From positions 1 through 64,000 of IMG/VR virus record IMGVR_UViG_3300020192_000009: a DNA stretch of 64,000 nucleotides. One strand, given 5' to 3'. The DNA comes from a virus. Made by a program: the position numbers and the translations under genes. This document shows, one piece after another, positions 56,454 through 64,000 of this stretch (the first letter of the stretch is position 1; each line of letters opens with the position of its first letter). A model generated the notes under the pieces. That model did not search any database. It was given only the letters and a program-made list of their open reading frames with translations, and was not told the origin of the DNA.

Positions 56454-58487
56454 TTACGTAAGAAGTGTGCGAACGGTTAACGGACCTGCAACCCGCACAC
56501 ACAAATTGCGGGCGCCTCCATTGTCGGTGATCCACATGTCACCTATTGCAGGTGAAGGGGGATCTGCAGAGAGGGCGGGAAAGTTGGCAAGTGTTCCAGC
56601 GGTGATGCGCGTGACGGTTACACCGCTTGCATCTTGGTAGTTGTTCCCTTGCACGTCTACGTAGTTGTTCGCACTCGCAAACGTAGTGAAAGGAATGACT
56701 ACAGGGCCAGCAACGCGCAAATCTCCGAGCGTTGCCATTCCAGCGGCAATGCCAGTACTGAAAACGATTGACCCAGAACGCATTCCGGTGGAATCAATAA
56801 CAACATCAGTGTTGCCTCCCCCGCTAGAAGAAAGGTTTCCTATGTTCATAGGGAGAAGCCCCATCGTAGATGCCGTCCTAATCGTTAAGCAAGGGAATGC
56901 ACCAGCGGAAATTAGATCAATGCCATTTACAAGTAGCGGGCTGTCACTAAGTTGACAACGGCCTACCAGCGCCATAAGGAACGTTGGCCCGGAAGCGTTA
57001 GCGCCAAAAACCCCACTTCTAGATGCATTAGATCCGTTTATTGATAAAAGGAATCCCGAAGTATTTAGGTAACACGCGACTCCTATCGTCAGCGCTAGTG
57101 CGCGATTTATAGTGCTTGCCAATCCCATTGCTAACAGCGCGCAATCTTGCATGAAAAGATTCACACTGAAGTTGTTAAACATTAGCGAAATATCATTTTG
57201 CGTCCAACGTAAACCAGAACCGGGGGACGCTAATACAGACGCCTCATCGTAGTAAGAAAATAAGCATTGTAAATTCGCAACATTAGTAACCGATGCGCGC
57301 CTATCGAATTGGAAGAAGCTTAAACGTAAGTTATTCGACATTGTAGCGAGGAACTGTACTAAGAACGTATTTTGTCGCGCTCTAAAGCCGACAACGTTAG
57401 TGCTACTAACACCGCCAGCATTGGTTATGCCACCTGCGCCGCTCAAGTCTGAATTTATGAAAATGTTGTCAACCGATACACCGGGAACTTCAATTGTGAA
57501 CGTATCCCCATCAGCGGGTGCTACGGTGAGCGTTCGACCGAGCGTGATCTGTGTGGAGGTATTGCGCCAGATCACGAGAGCTTGGTTCGTAAGCGCAGCG
57601 GTAACGTTACCAGTGAACCGAACGCGCATACCATTAAGCGAAGTTATGCCAAGCAATTCCGCTGTAAGTGTTCCGCTAGCTACCGTGAAGATGCTAGTGG
57701 TACCTCCCGCCGCACATGTCCAAACGCCGCCAGTACCGGGACCTGCTTGACCTTGCGCAGGGGCCAAAACCTTTTTGTCGGTAGCGCTGTTTGCGAAGTC
57801 CCGGGTTGTACGGCAGACCCAAAACCTGTATCCAGAAATGTCACGCAAATCCAGATCGTCTAACGTTACACCATCAGGTTTGAGGTATTGCACGTCGGTA
57901 ATGCCAAGAGGATCGCCCTTGACTGCAATGACAATTGATCGTCCTAGGCCGTTGCTAGGCACAATCGCGCGAAGGCGCGTAAGCGTCTTGATTGCAACGG
58001 TCCCCGCTGCGGCCATGCTTACGTCACTGAAACCAATATTCGTGTCAGAGCCGCCCACATAATCGACAGCGTAATAACGAGTAGTCGCAAGCGGCCAAAG
58101 AGCTTGTGTGTTCTGACTCGTGCCAGAAGCCGCAAGACTTGTAACAACAAGATCCGCCGTTGCATATTTTGCAATGCTGACAACTGTGCCTACAAAAATG
58201 CCTGAACTTGCATCGGTTGTCGCACGGCCCGCCGTCGCAGACAACCAAAGCAACGATACACCGGGCGTGAGCGTCAAACCCGCTACACACAGCACATTCG
58301 CTACTCCCGCCAACACAACGTTCGCAGGAGATCCGCTAGCGAGATTCAAACTCGAAGCTACAACGCCCGCAAACGCTGTTGTGGCGGCCCCCGCGGTGCC
58401 CGCACCCGATAGCTGCACAACTGTGCCGTTTTGCGCGACTGTGGTCAGGCGTAGAGTTTCAACAATTTGTTCTGCAGCGTTTGCCAT
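56454..58487 (-). CDS. fibre/spike protein (paralog 2)
   Basis: Same architecture as 53752-55749. Confidence 0.7.
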   Translation of the reverse strand: MANAAEQIVETLRLTTVAQNGTVVQLSGAGTAGAATTAFAGVVASSLNLASGSPANVVLAGVANVLCVAGLTLTPGVSLLWLSATAGRATTDASSGIFVGTVVSIAKYATADLVVTSLAASGTSQNTQALWPLATTRYYAVDYVGGSDTNIGFSDVSMAAAGTVAIKTLTRLRAIVPSNGLGRSIVIAVKGDPLGITDVQYLKPDGVTLDDLDLRDISGYRFWVCRTTRDFANSATDKKVLAPAQGQAGPGTGGVWTCAAGGTTSIFTVASGTLTAELLGITSLNGMRVRFTGNVTAALTNQALVIWRNTSTQITLGRTLTVAPADGDTFTIEVPGVSVDNIFINSDLSGAGGITNAGGVSSTNVVGFRARQNTFLVQFLATMSNNLRLSFFQFDRRASVTNVANLQCLFSYYDEASVLASPGSGLRWTQNDISLMFNNFSVNLFMQDCALLAMGLASTINRALALTIGVACYLNTSGFLLSINGSNASRSGVFGANASGPTFLMALVGRCQLSDSPLLVNGIDLISAGAFPCLTIRTASTMGLLPMNIGNLSSSGGGNTDVVIDSTGMRSGSIVFSTGIAAGMATLGDLRVAGPVVIPFTTFASANNYVDVQGNNYQDASGVTVTRITAGTLANFPALSADPPSPAIGDMWITDNGGARNLCVRVAGPLTVRTLLT

Positions 58488-58506
58488 GTGAGAAAATTCC
58501 TTTCGA

Positions 58507-58821
58507 TTACCGTAAACACTTTTTCGCGAACAGTTCTTGCGTCTTTGTCACTTGCTTGTCCAAGCGGCTAACGACGGCAAACATTTTGCCCTTGCGCCCT
58601 CGTAGTGCTTTGTCGTGGCCTACAGAGGCTTCGACAAGCGACGTGCGTACCGCTTGCAGACTGCGACTTGCCTTAATCAGCGCCTTAAGGGTCGTTGCCC
58701 CACAATCAATCTGAGCGCCTCCTATGCCGCGCAGCATTCTTTGTGCGGTTTGGATATTGGACGCCCGCAAATACTCGACAACATTGCGAGTCTGCTTACG
58801 CGCTGTTTTTGATGTTGGCAT
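58507..58821 (-). CDS. basic protein
   Basis: MPTSKTARKQ...KKCLR; C-terminus resembles the 55810/56135 pair. Confidence 0.5.
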   Translation of the reverse strand: MPTSKTARKQTRNVVEYLRASNIQTAQRMLRGIGGAQIDCGATTLKALIKASRSLQAVRTSLVEASVGHDKALRGRKGKMFAVVSRLDKQVTKTQELFAKKCLR

Positions 58822-58825
58822 CGGC

Positions 58826-59272
58826 TTACGCTTTCTTAAGTGGTTGTGTAACCGGCGTTGTGTCGGCCACAGCAGCCAATTCGGGAACCGCAGACGGCAA
58901 GGCCATCTTGTTTTTGAAACGCCAAACGTTGTACCCAAGCGCTACGGCTGCGGTTGCGACCATACTTGCTATCTGGGTGACTCTTGGGGACAACCCGGGA
59001 AGCTGTAGATCGGACAACGCCGCTGCGATGCTGGCCCCCACGCTGGCCAGTGCAACCCAAAAGGCCTTGGTCTGAACGCCAGGCCGATCAGTGCTCGCAA
59101 GCCCTGTGCTGAACACCGAATAGACGGCTGCCAGAATGATAGCCACTCCGGCGGCAACCCATTTCTCAGAACCCGTAAACCCCTGCAGGTACGTTGTCAG
59201 CAATGCGCCGATAACCACAATGGCCGAAAGCCATGCTTCCGACTTTTGAACCGCATTCTTTTCGTTTGCCAT
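58826..59272 (-). CDS. holin-like 4-TM protein
   Basis: Two KSEAW/TKAFW-type TM hairpins. Confidence 0.6.
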   Translation of the reverse strand: MANEKNAVQKSEAWLSAIVVIGALLTTYLQGFTGSEKWVAAGVAIILAAVYSVFSTGLASTDRPGVQTKAFWVALASVGASIAAALSDLQLPGLSPRVTQIASMVATAAVALGYNVWRFKNKMALPSAVPELAAVADTTPVTQPLKKA

Positions 59273-59882
59273 TCTTCGATACTAACGGAAGCGCACGACC
59301 TTGAAAAATTAGGGAAAACCCACAACTTGACCCAAGGCCGCGCGAAGCGGTACGCTGTGGCAATGTTTCGCCGCTTTCCAGCATCTGTACGCAGCACCGT
59401 TGCAGGCATCGTTCTAGGGGACGCGCCCTTGCCCCGGGTGCCCGGCTTTTGCAAGCAATCACCTATGCAAGGTGCAACCCTCGGAAGCGTGCAAGCCATG
59501 CCGCCTGCAATGCGGGCAGCGTTTGTACGCAAAGCGGCCCAACGCCGCGCACGCCAAACATCAGCGCAGTCGCCTACCCATCAGCTGGAACAGGGGATCT
59601 TGCACTTGATGTCCAACGCCAGCGAAAAAGGCCTTGAGCCCACAATCACACGCGTCACGAATTTGGCATTGGCTGCCGGATTGACGCGCCTTGGACTGCT
59701 TGTGAAAGTTGCCGGGCACCGCTTACGCCTGCATGACATGCCTGCCGACGAGAACTGGCCGGGAACCCAGACCAGCATTCGCGATTACATTCGGCCTAAA
59801 TGGTTGCCGATTGAAGCGAAGCAAGTCCGGTATTACTAGGCTAGGCTCGGCTAGGCGCGGCGCGCCTCACCTGCGTTTTGCC

Positions 59883-60416
59883 TTATGCTTTCAAAATAGA
59901 GTACGCGCCAAAAGCAGCTGCCGCGAGATTCAGGCCAACCAGCGACCAACCGACCTGCGGAGTCAATTCGCCGATTTCGACAGGTGTTGCATCGTTGCTA
60001 GGCGGCAAAGGCGTACGCACTACTTTGACAAGCGGTGCAATGTTGCCGCCTCGACGGCCTACCTCAGCGGCAATCAAGCCGCCAAGTTGCGTGGCGTTTT
60101 GCGCGACTTGCACAAGCATGAGGCTTCCTGTGCGCAACGCCTGCGGTGCCTGCCCACTACCCACATGGCGGGTTAGCGCACGGTTAACAGCAGCAACCGT
60201 CGAAGGGCCGACAACACCGTCAATCGTAACGGCCAACACCTTGTCGCCTACGAGCTTACCTAGCGCGTTGATCGCGTTCTGCAGCACTTCTGCTGCCGGT
60301 GCACGATACCCAGCGCCAGGGCCCCCGCAATTGCCGTTTGGCGTTTGAACCCAACCGGTCGGACACGCATTGGTTGCGCCCAATGGCGCGCCACTGATTG
60401 AGAAAACTTCAGACAT
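59883..60416 (-). CDS. peptidoglycan-binding-like membrane protein
   Basis: LQNAIN...IDGVVGPST; C-terminal TM. Confidence 0.6.
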   Translation of the reverse strand: MSEVFSISGAPLGATNACPTGWVQTPNGNCGGPGAGYRAPAAEVLQNAINALGKLVGDKVLAVTIDGVVGPSTVAAVNRALTRHVGSGQAPQALRTGSLMLVQVAQNATQLGGLIAAEVGRRGGNIAPLVKVVRTPLPPSNDATPVEIGELTPQVGWSLVGLNLAAAAFGAYSILKA

Positions 60417-60457
60417 GCACTCAGATTACCGCGGAACGCCTCCACACGGCAAATTGC

Positions 60458-60862
60458 CTATGGGGAGACGACAGCCAAGCCAAACGGCGCTGTGATCAAC
60501 ATGCTCGAAACGGTTCCTGCGGGAGTCCGAATCTGTAGACGCGCGTATTGATGCTTACGTATTAGCTGTGTGCTAACCGCATACGTTCCGGCAGCAAACG
60601 TGCCAGAACCATTGGTTTGCAACGTACGAATAACAAGCGGCATAGCAACAACGCCCGCGCCTGCGGCTTCTTCTGCAATTTCACGAAACCAAAGCGTCGC
60701 CGCCGGATCGCTTGAAAATTCAAGGTACCAGGCGATTGAAGTGCCTACGCCACCTGTGACGGTAAACAGAAAATCGAGCGTCAACGTCTCGCCGACCATC
60801 AAAATAGGCCGCGTTGGCTGAAATACGTTGGTTAGATTGCTGTTGTAAAGCTGCACAGACAT
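60458..60862 (-). CDS. beta-rich putative virion protein
   Basis: Beta-sandwich-like pattern; TAGGCT-N6-ATG. Confidence 0.5.
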   Translation of the reverse strand: MSVQLYNSNLTNVFQPTRPILMVGETLTLDFLFTVTGGVGTSIAWYLEFSSDPAATLWFREIAEEAAGAGVVAMPLVIRTLQTNGSGTFAAGTYAVSTQLIRKHQYARLQIRTPAGTVSSMLITAPFGLAVVSP

Positions 60863-60882
60863 GGGGCCAGCCTATCACACGT

Positions 60883-61266
60883 TCAAGTTTTCGTAGAAAC
60901 CGTTCGCGTCAACGCCCATGTAACGCCGCCAAGTAAGCCGACAAACAAAGTGCCGTAAAGCAACGCCTCTGTGGCCCCGAGAGTCGCACCTTTATGTGCA
61001 GCCTTGTAAGCGGCTTTGGTTGCAGCTGTGGTCGCTGCTGTACCTGCGGCTTTACGGACCGCTGCTGTAATTGCAGGGATCGCAGCCTCACCGGCAGCCA
61101 AAGCCGAATTCATGACGGTCGCGATAATTTGCTTGGCCGTACTTGTAGAGATCAAAGCATTGCTAGCAAGATCTTTGACTTCGGCTACGTACGTCGCTTG
61201 TAGCTCAGGATCCATAAAGGGCGGTCCGTAGGGCCCATAACGCCCAAGCGATGCCGTAGCGAGCAT
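60883..61266 (-). CDS. membrane protein
   Basis: C-terminal TM. Confidence 0.5.
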   Translation of the reverse strand: MLATASLGRYGPYGPPFMDPELQATYVAEVKDLASNALISTSTAKQIIATVMNSALAAGEAAIPAITAAVRKAAGTAATTAATKAAYKAAHKGATLGATEALLYGTLFVGLLGGVTWALTRTVSTKT

Positions 61267-61668
61267 TTAAACTGGTGCCCAACCCACACGGCCATCAGCG
61301 GCAACGACAAGCTTGTAGCCATCGGCGGCAGCTTCTCGCACACGCGCTGCATTGGTCTGTGGAATGCTGACTGCCGTGTAGCGCCTGCTGTCAATCATGT
61401 GCCAAGGAATTGGATCCCCAATAAGGTGGCTAACCGTGATGGTTCCCCCTGTATTGTCGATAAGTACCGTGCTCCACCCCTTGGCATTTGGCCAAGCCAT
61501 GACAACGCTATTTTTGAGGTGGCGCGCCAACACTTCCGCAGCGAGCGCCGCATTGTGCGCTAACACAGGGCCCGAGCTTACAAAGTATTTGCGACGGCGC
61601 ACAAGTGCAACCGTTCTGACGGTGGTAACACCTGCAAGCAGCCCAAGCCCTAAGAGCGTCAAAATCAT
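61267..61668 (-). CDS. membrane-anchored protein
   Basis: N-terminal TM followed by RRRK. Confidence 0.5.
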   Translation of the reverse strand: MILTLLGLGLLAGVTTVRTVALVRRRKYFVSSGPVLAHNAALAAEVLARHLKNSVVMAWPNAKGWSTVLIDNTGGTITVSHLIGDPIPWHMIDSRRYTAVSIPQTNAARVREAAADGYKLVVAADGRVGWAPV

Positions 61669-61682
61669 TGTGCGATGCCTTT

Positions 61683-61934
61683 TTAACGTGCAATTTGCAA
61701 AACACTGCGCACATCGGTAAGCGCTAAATAAGGCTTCAAATTGGCGGCCAGCCGCATTGCAAGCTTTCGACGCAAAGGCTGCAATTGACGTGTTTGCCAC
61801 GGTGACAACTCTGTATCGCCACGCACGATTTTGACTAAATGCCCTAGCATTTCATCAGCTTTTGCCAAATGCGATTTCCCGTAGGAAACGATACGTGCTG
61901 CGGGCTTTTGGCCGAGTCCAGATTGTGTCATCAT
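61683..61934 (-). CDS. small basic protein
   Basis: Operon spacing. Confidence 0.4.
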   Translation of the reverse strand: MMTQSGLGQKPAARIVSYGKSHLAKADEMLGHLVKIVRGDTELSPWQTRQLQPLRRKLAMRLAANLKPYLALTDVRSVLQIAR

Positions 61935-61963
61935 TTGAATGCTGCCTTACGAAATGTGTAAAA

Positions 61964-62236
61964 TTAACCCGCGCCGCTGGGCAGCCCAGTCAACCCGTGC
62001 GTGTGGCCATCCGAGTCATTAACTTGGACTTTGCCGTACTTCACGCGATGAAAGTGACTTGCAACAACATCGGTTACGCCATTGCCCTCGAAGTCGAGGA
62101 ATGCACTGTGGTCGTGAACCGGCGAAAGGCGTCCTGATGCGCGCGTTGTTAGCTGTGGGGCGTACGCCGGGGGTGCCGTCGTAAGCCTTAAAGCGTCAAC
62201 GCGCTCAGGATCTGGGTATGATCGTTGTCGAGACAT
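61964..62236 (-). CDS. His-rich putative metal-binding protein
   Basis: HDH, HFH and GHTH motifs. Confidence 0.55.
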   Translation of the reverse strand: MSRQRSYPDPERVDALRLTTAPPAYAPQLTTRASGRLSPVHDHSAFLDFEGNGVTDVVASHFHRVKYGKVQVNDSDGHTHGLTGLPSGAG

Positions 62237-62264
62237 GGCCCTAGTGTATGCCGGTTACGGCAGA

Positions 62265-62888
62265 CTAGTAAGACTTGTTGCCGTTGTAGACGTTCTGAAT
62301 CTGGCGATTGCGCGCCGTGAACGCCTGTGGCATCAACTGATTAATCATGGACGAAGAGTCCACAACACCTGCCCGAATGCCAGCGGCAGTTGACCGAACT
62401 TGGGGCCACATGCCTTCGCGCATGGTCCGCGCTGGGAAAGCGTTGTTGCTTCCGTACGCAGGCCCGCGTCGTGGGCCTTGAGGAATCTGCGCTTGTGGTT
62501 GCGGCATAGAAGGTGTCAAAGAGGCAACAACCATTGATCCAGGACCAGGACCCCTGGCCCCGAGACGCCCAAACTGTGGTTTGCCCGATCCGTAGCGCGG
62601 GGTAAACCCGAAGCCACGAATTTGAGCGGGAGCGGCATCGCCGCCCGCGTCCATCGCAGGACCACGCCCACCGCTGTCAGGCAAATTGCCGGGACGCATG
62701 CCAGCAGGCATACGCGGCAAATTTGGCCGAAAGGCTGCCATTGGCTGCATCGTCTGCTGAAACGGTGAAATGTTGGAGAAGAAACCGGTCGGTGCCAGTG
62801 AAGGCCGAAACGACGGCTTTGCTGGATCGGGCCGTGTGAACGGCATCCGGTAATTGTAAGGAACACCTTGGCCTAATGAAACGATCAT
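62265..62888 (-). CDS. Pro/Gly/Arg-rich disordered putative virion protein
   Basis: AGAGGA RBS; many LG/FG/YG motifs. Confidence 0.55.
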   Translation of the reverse strand: MIVSLGQGVPYNYRMPFTRPDPAKPSFRPSLAPTGFFSNISPFQQTMQPMAAFRPNLPRMPAGMRPGNLPDSGGRGPAMDAGGDAAPAQIRGFGFTPRYGSGKPQFGRLGARGPGPGSMVVASLTPSMPQPQAQIPQGPRRGPAYGSNNAFPARTMREGMWPQVRSTAAGIRAGVVDSSSMINQLMPQAFTARNRQIQNVYNGNKSY

Positions 62889-62976
62889 GTTGTTTATCCT
62901 CTGTTAGTTCCGAATGCTTTGCAAGAACACGCCCGATTTGCGTCAAGCGCGAGGGCCCTATATCCTGAAAATAGAC

Positions 62977-63282
62977 ATGGCCGCCCGCAAACCCCCAGCA
63001 ACAACTGCATTCGATAACGACGACACGCCAACGCTTGTCGGGCCCCCCATAGGCCACAGTGCAAACCGGGAAATGCTGGCAATCATTGGCAATTACTCGC
63101 TCGAAGCCAAAGCCCATGGTGATAAACTGCAAGGGCTTTATGAAAGCCTACGCATGTTTGAGCGCCCTGTAGCGGGCGCATGGGGCGAGCGTCTATTAGA
63201 AGAGCAAACGCGCCATCACAATGCCAATACGGGCAACCTACGACAGCTTGAACAAGTCGTTGGCCGCCTGGCAGTAGGCTAG
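62977..63282 (+). CDS. hypothetical protein
   Basis: Helical ORF convergent with the RRM gene. Confidence 0.4.
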   Translation: MAARKPPATTAFDNDDTPTLVGPPIGHSANREMLAIIGNYSLEAKAHGDKLQGLYESLRMFERPVAGAWGERLLEEQTRHHNANTGNLRQLEQVVGRLAVG

Positions 63283-63896
63283 CCGTCGCGGCGCCCGCCA
63301 CCTTTAAAAGGTGTATCGTCGCGGTGCCGAAACACACGAGGCGCTTTTTCAACAGGTACACGGGCCCGCGTATCCGCGCCTGCGACGTAAACAGCGCTTA
63401 CCTTGTAAGGCCGCACAACAGACGCACCGGCATCGGCAGGGGCGCCGCTTACCGGGGGTTTACGGTCTTCGGCCCAAATATCACGAGCTTTGGACATTTT
63501 TGAGAACTTAGCGCCAGGAGGCGATCCCGCGGTTGGCCGCGCTTTAGACACTTTGCCTTTGCGGGCAGCGCGCGCATTCGCAGCCCGCTTTACTTCACGT
63601 CGAGAGCCCACCGCTGTTTGACTTTCGGCAAGTTCAGCGCGCAATGTCCGACCCGCGACAGCTTGGTTTTCGATGGCCTTCACGGCTTCAACAGGACTGC
63701 CGGTCACCTCAACAAAGCCGAACCCGCGAGAAATCCCGGTTGCGCGTTCACGCATGATTTTGGGGTTGATTGCAACAACCCCCATGGATAACAACGCTGC
63801 CAGCAACGTTCGTTCGTCAAAGGTTTGGGGCACATTGCCAATGAACAGCCGGGCGGGTGGCTGCTGTGCGGGTTTGCGCTGTGGTTTTGGAAGCAT
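63279..63896 (-). CDS. RRM RNA-binding protein with a basic tail
   Basis: RNP2 LFIGNV; RNP1 RGFGFVE. Confidence 0.9.
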   Translation of the reverse strand: MLPKPQRKPAQQPPARLFIGNVPQTFDERTLLAALLSMGVVAINPKIMRERATGISRGFGFVEVTGSPVEAVKAIENQAVAGRTLRAELAESQTAVGSRREVKRAANARAARKGKVSKARPTAGSPPGAKFSKMSKARDIWAEDRKPPVSGAPADAGASVVRPYKVSAVYVAGADTRARVPVEKAPRVFRHRDDTPFKGGGRRDG

Positions 63897-63920
63897 TGTG
63901 TAGCCTTTGCTAGTGTTCAC

Positions 63921-64000
63921 GTTGCAATTTTAAAGGCATTGCAGAACCTTTTGGCATCGCTACGATCATCGTCAACATTGCAATTTTGTAAGGCATTGCA
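63921..64000 (-). CRISPR. CRISPR-like array C (same repeat family, cut by the window edge)
   Basis: Diverged repeat at about 63921-63957, about 19-nt spacer, second repeat from 63977. Confidence 0.75.

Noticed and set aside
53752-58487. Diversity-generating retroelement acting on the fibre paralogs
   Set aside because: No reverse transcriptase and no adenine-specific TR/VR pair are visible.
1-64000. tRNA, rRNA or IS elements
   Set aside because: No cloverleaf with canonical D/T loops, rRNA-like sequence or transposase motif was recognised.

Overview
This window is best read as part of a bacterial virus genome that continues past both window edges. No portal, terminase, tail, polymerase or packaging ATPase is recognisable. 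The structural module looks like that of a tailless, probably membrane-containing virus: two candidate single jelly-roll capsid proteins (13.7-15.8 kb), many small membrane proteins, many Lys/Arg/Cys-rich proteins, virion-type transglycosylases, and three fibre proteins with a shared N-terminal domain. Layout: 0.6-11.7 kb glycosylation cluster (glycosyltransferases, GT-TPR fusions, FkbM, NTP-transferase, ROK-like protein); 12-33 kb virion and cargo genes (C1 peptidase, collagen-like fibre, kinase, RadC/JAB, thioredoxin); 33-37.5 kb a divergent switch region (RHH regulator, kinase, 2OG oxygenase, tyrosine recombinase with a Zn-finger insert) bracketed by two oppositely oriented CRISPR-like arrays; 37.5-53.5 kb mostly small early/accessory genes (ThyX-like, two DNA methyltransferases, PAPS-reductase-like, pentapeptide) plus lysis genes; 53.7-64 kb fibres, membrane proteins, an RRM protein and a third array cut by the window edge. 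The most striking system is the cas-less, three-locus array of a 37-nt repeat (GTGACAAAGGCTGTGCAATGCCTTTCAAAATTGCAAC). Its spacers are very uneven (15-38 nt), one repeat-to-repeat interval holds a whole ORF, repeats sit just upstream of start codons, the repeat can form a pseudoknot, and a tyrosine recombinase abuts the largest array. Other genome-wide signals are pervasive leaderless promoters and a recurring basic-tract plus [LFY](x)G motif on virion and cargo proteins. All protein calls come from recognising motifs by eye; no searches were run.
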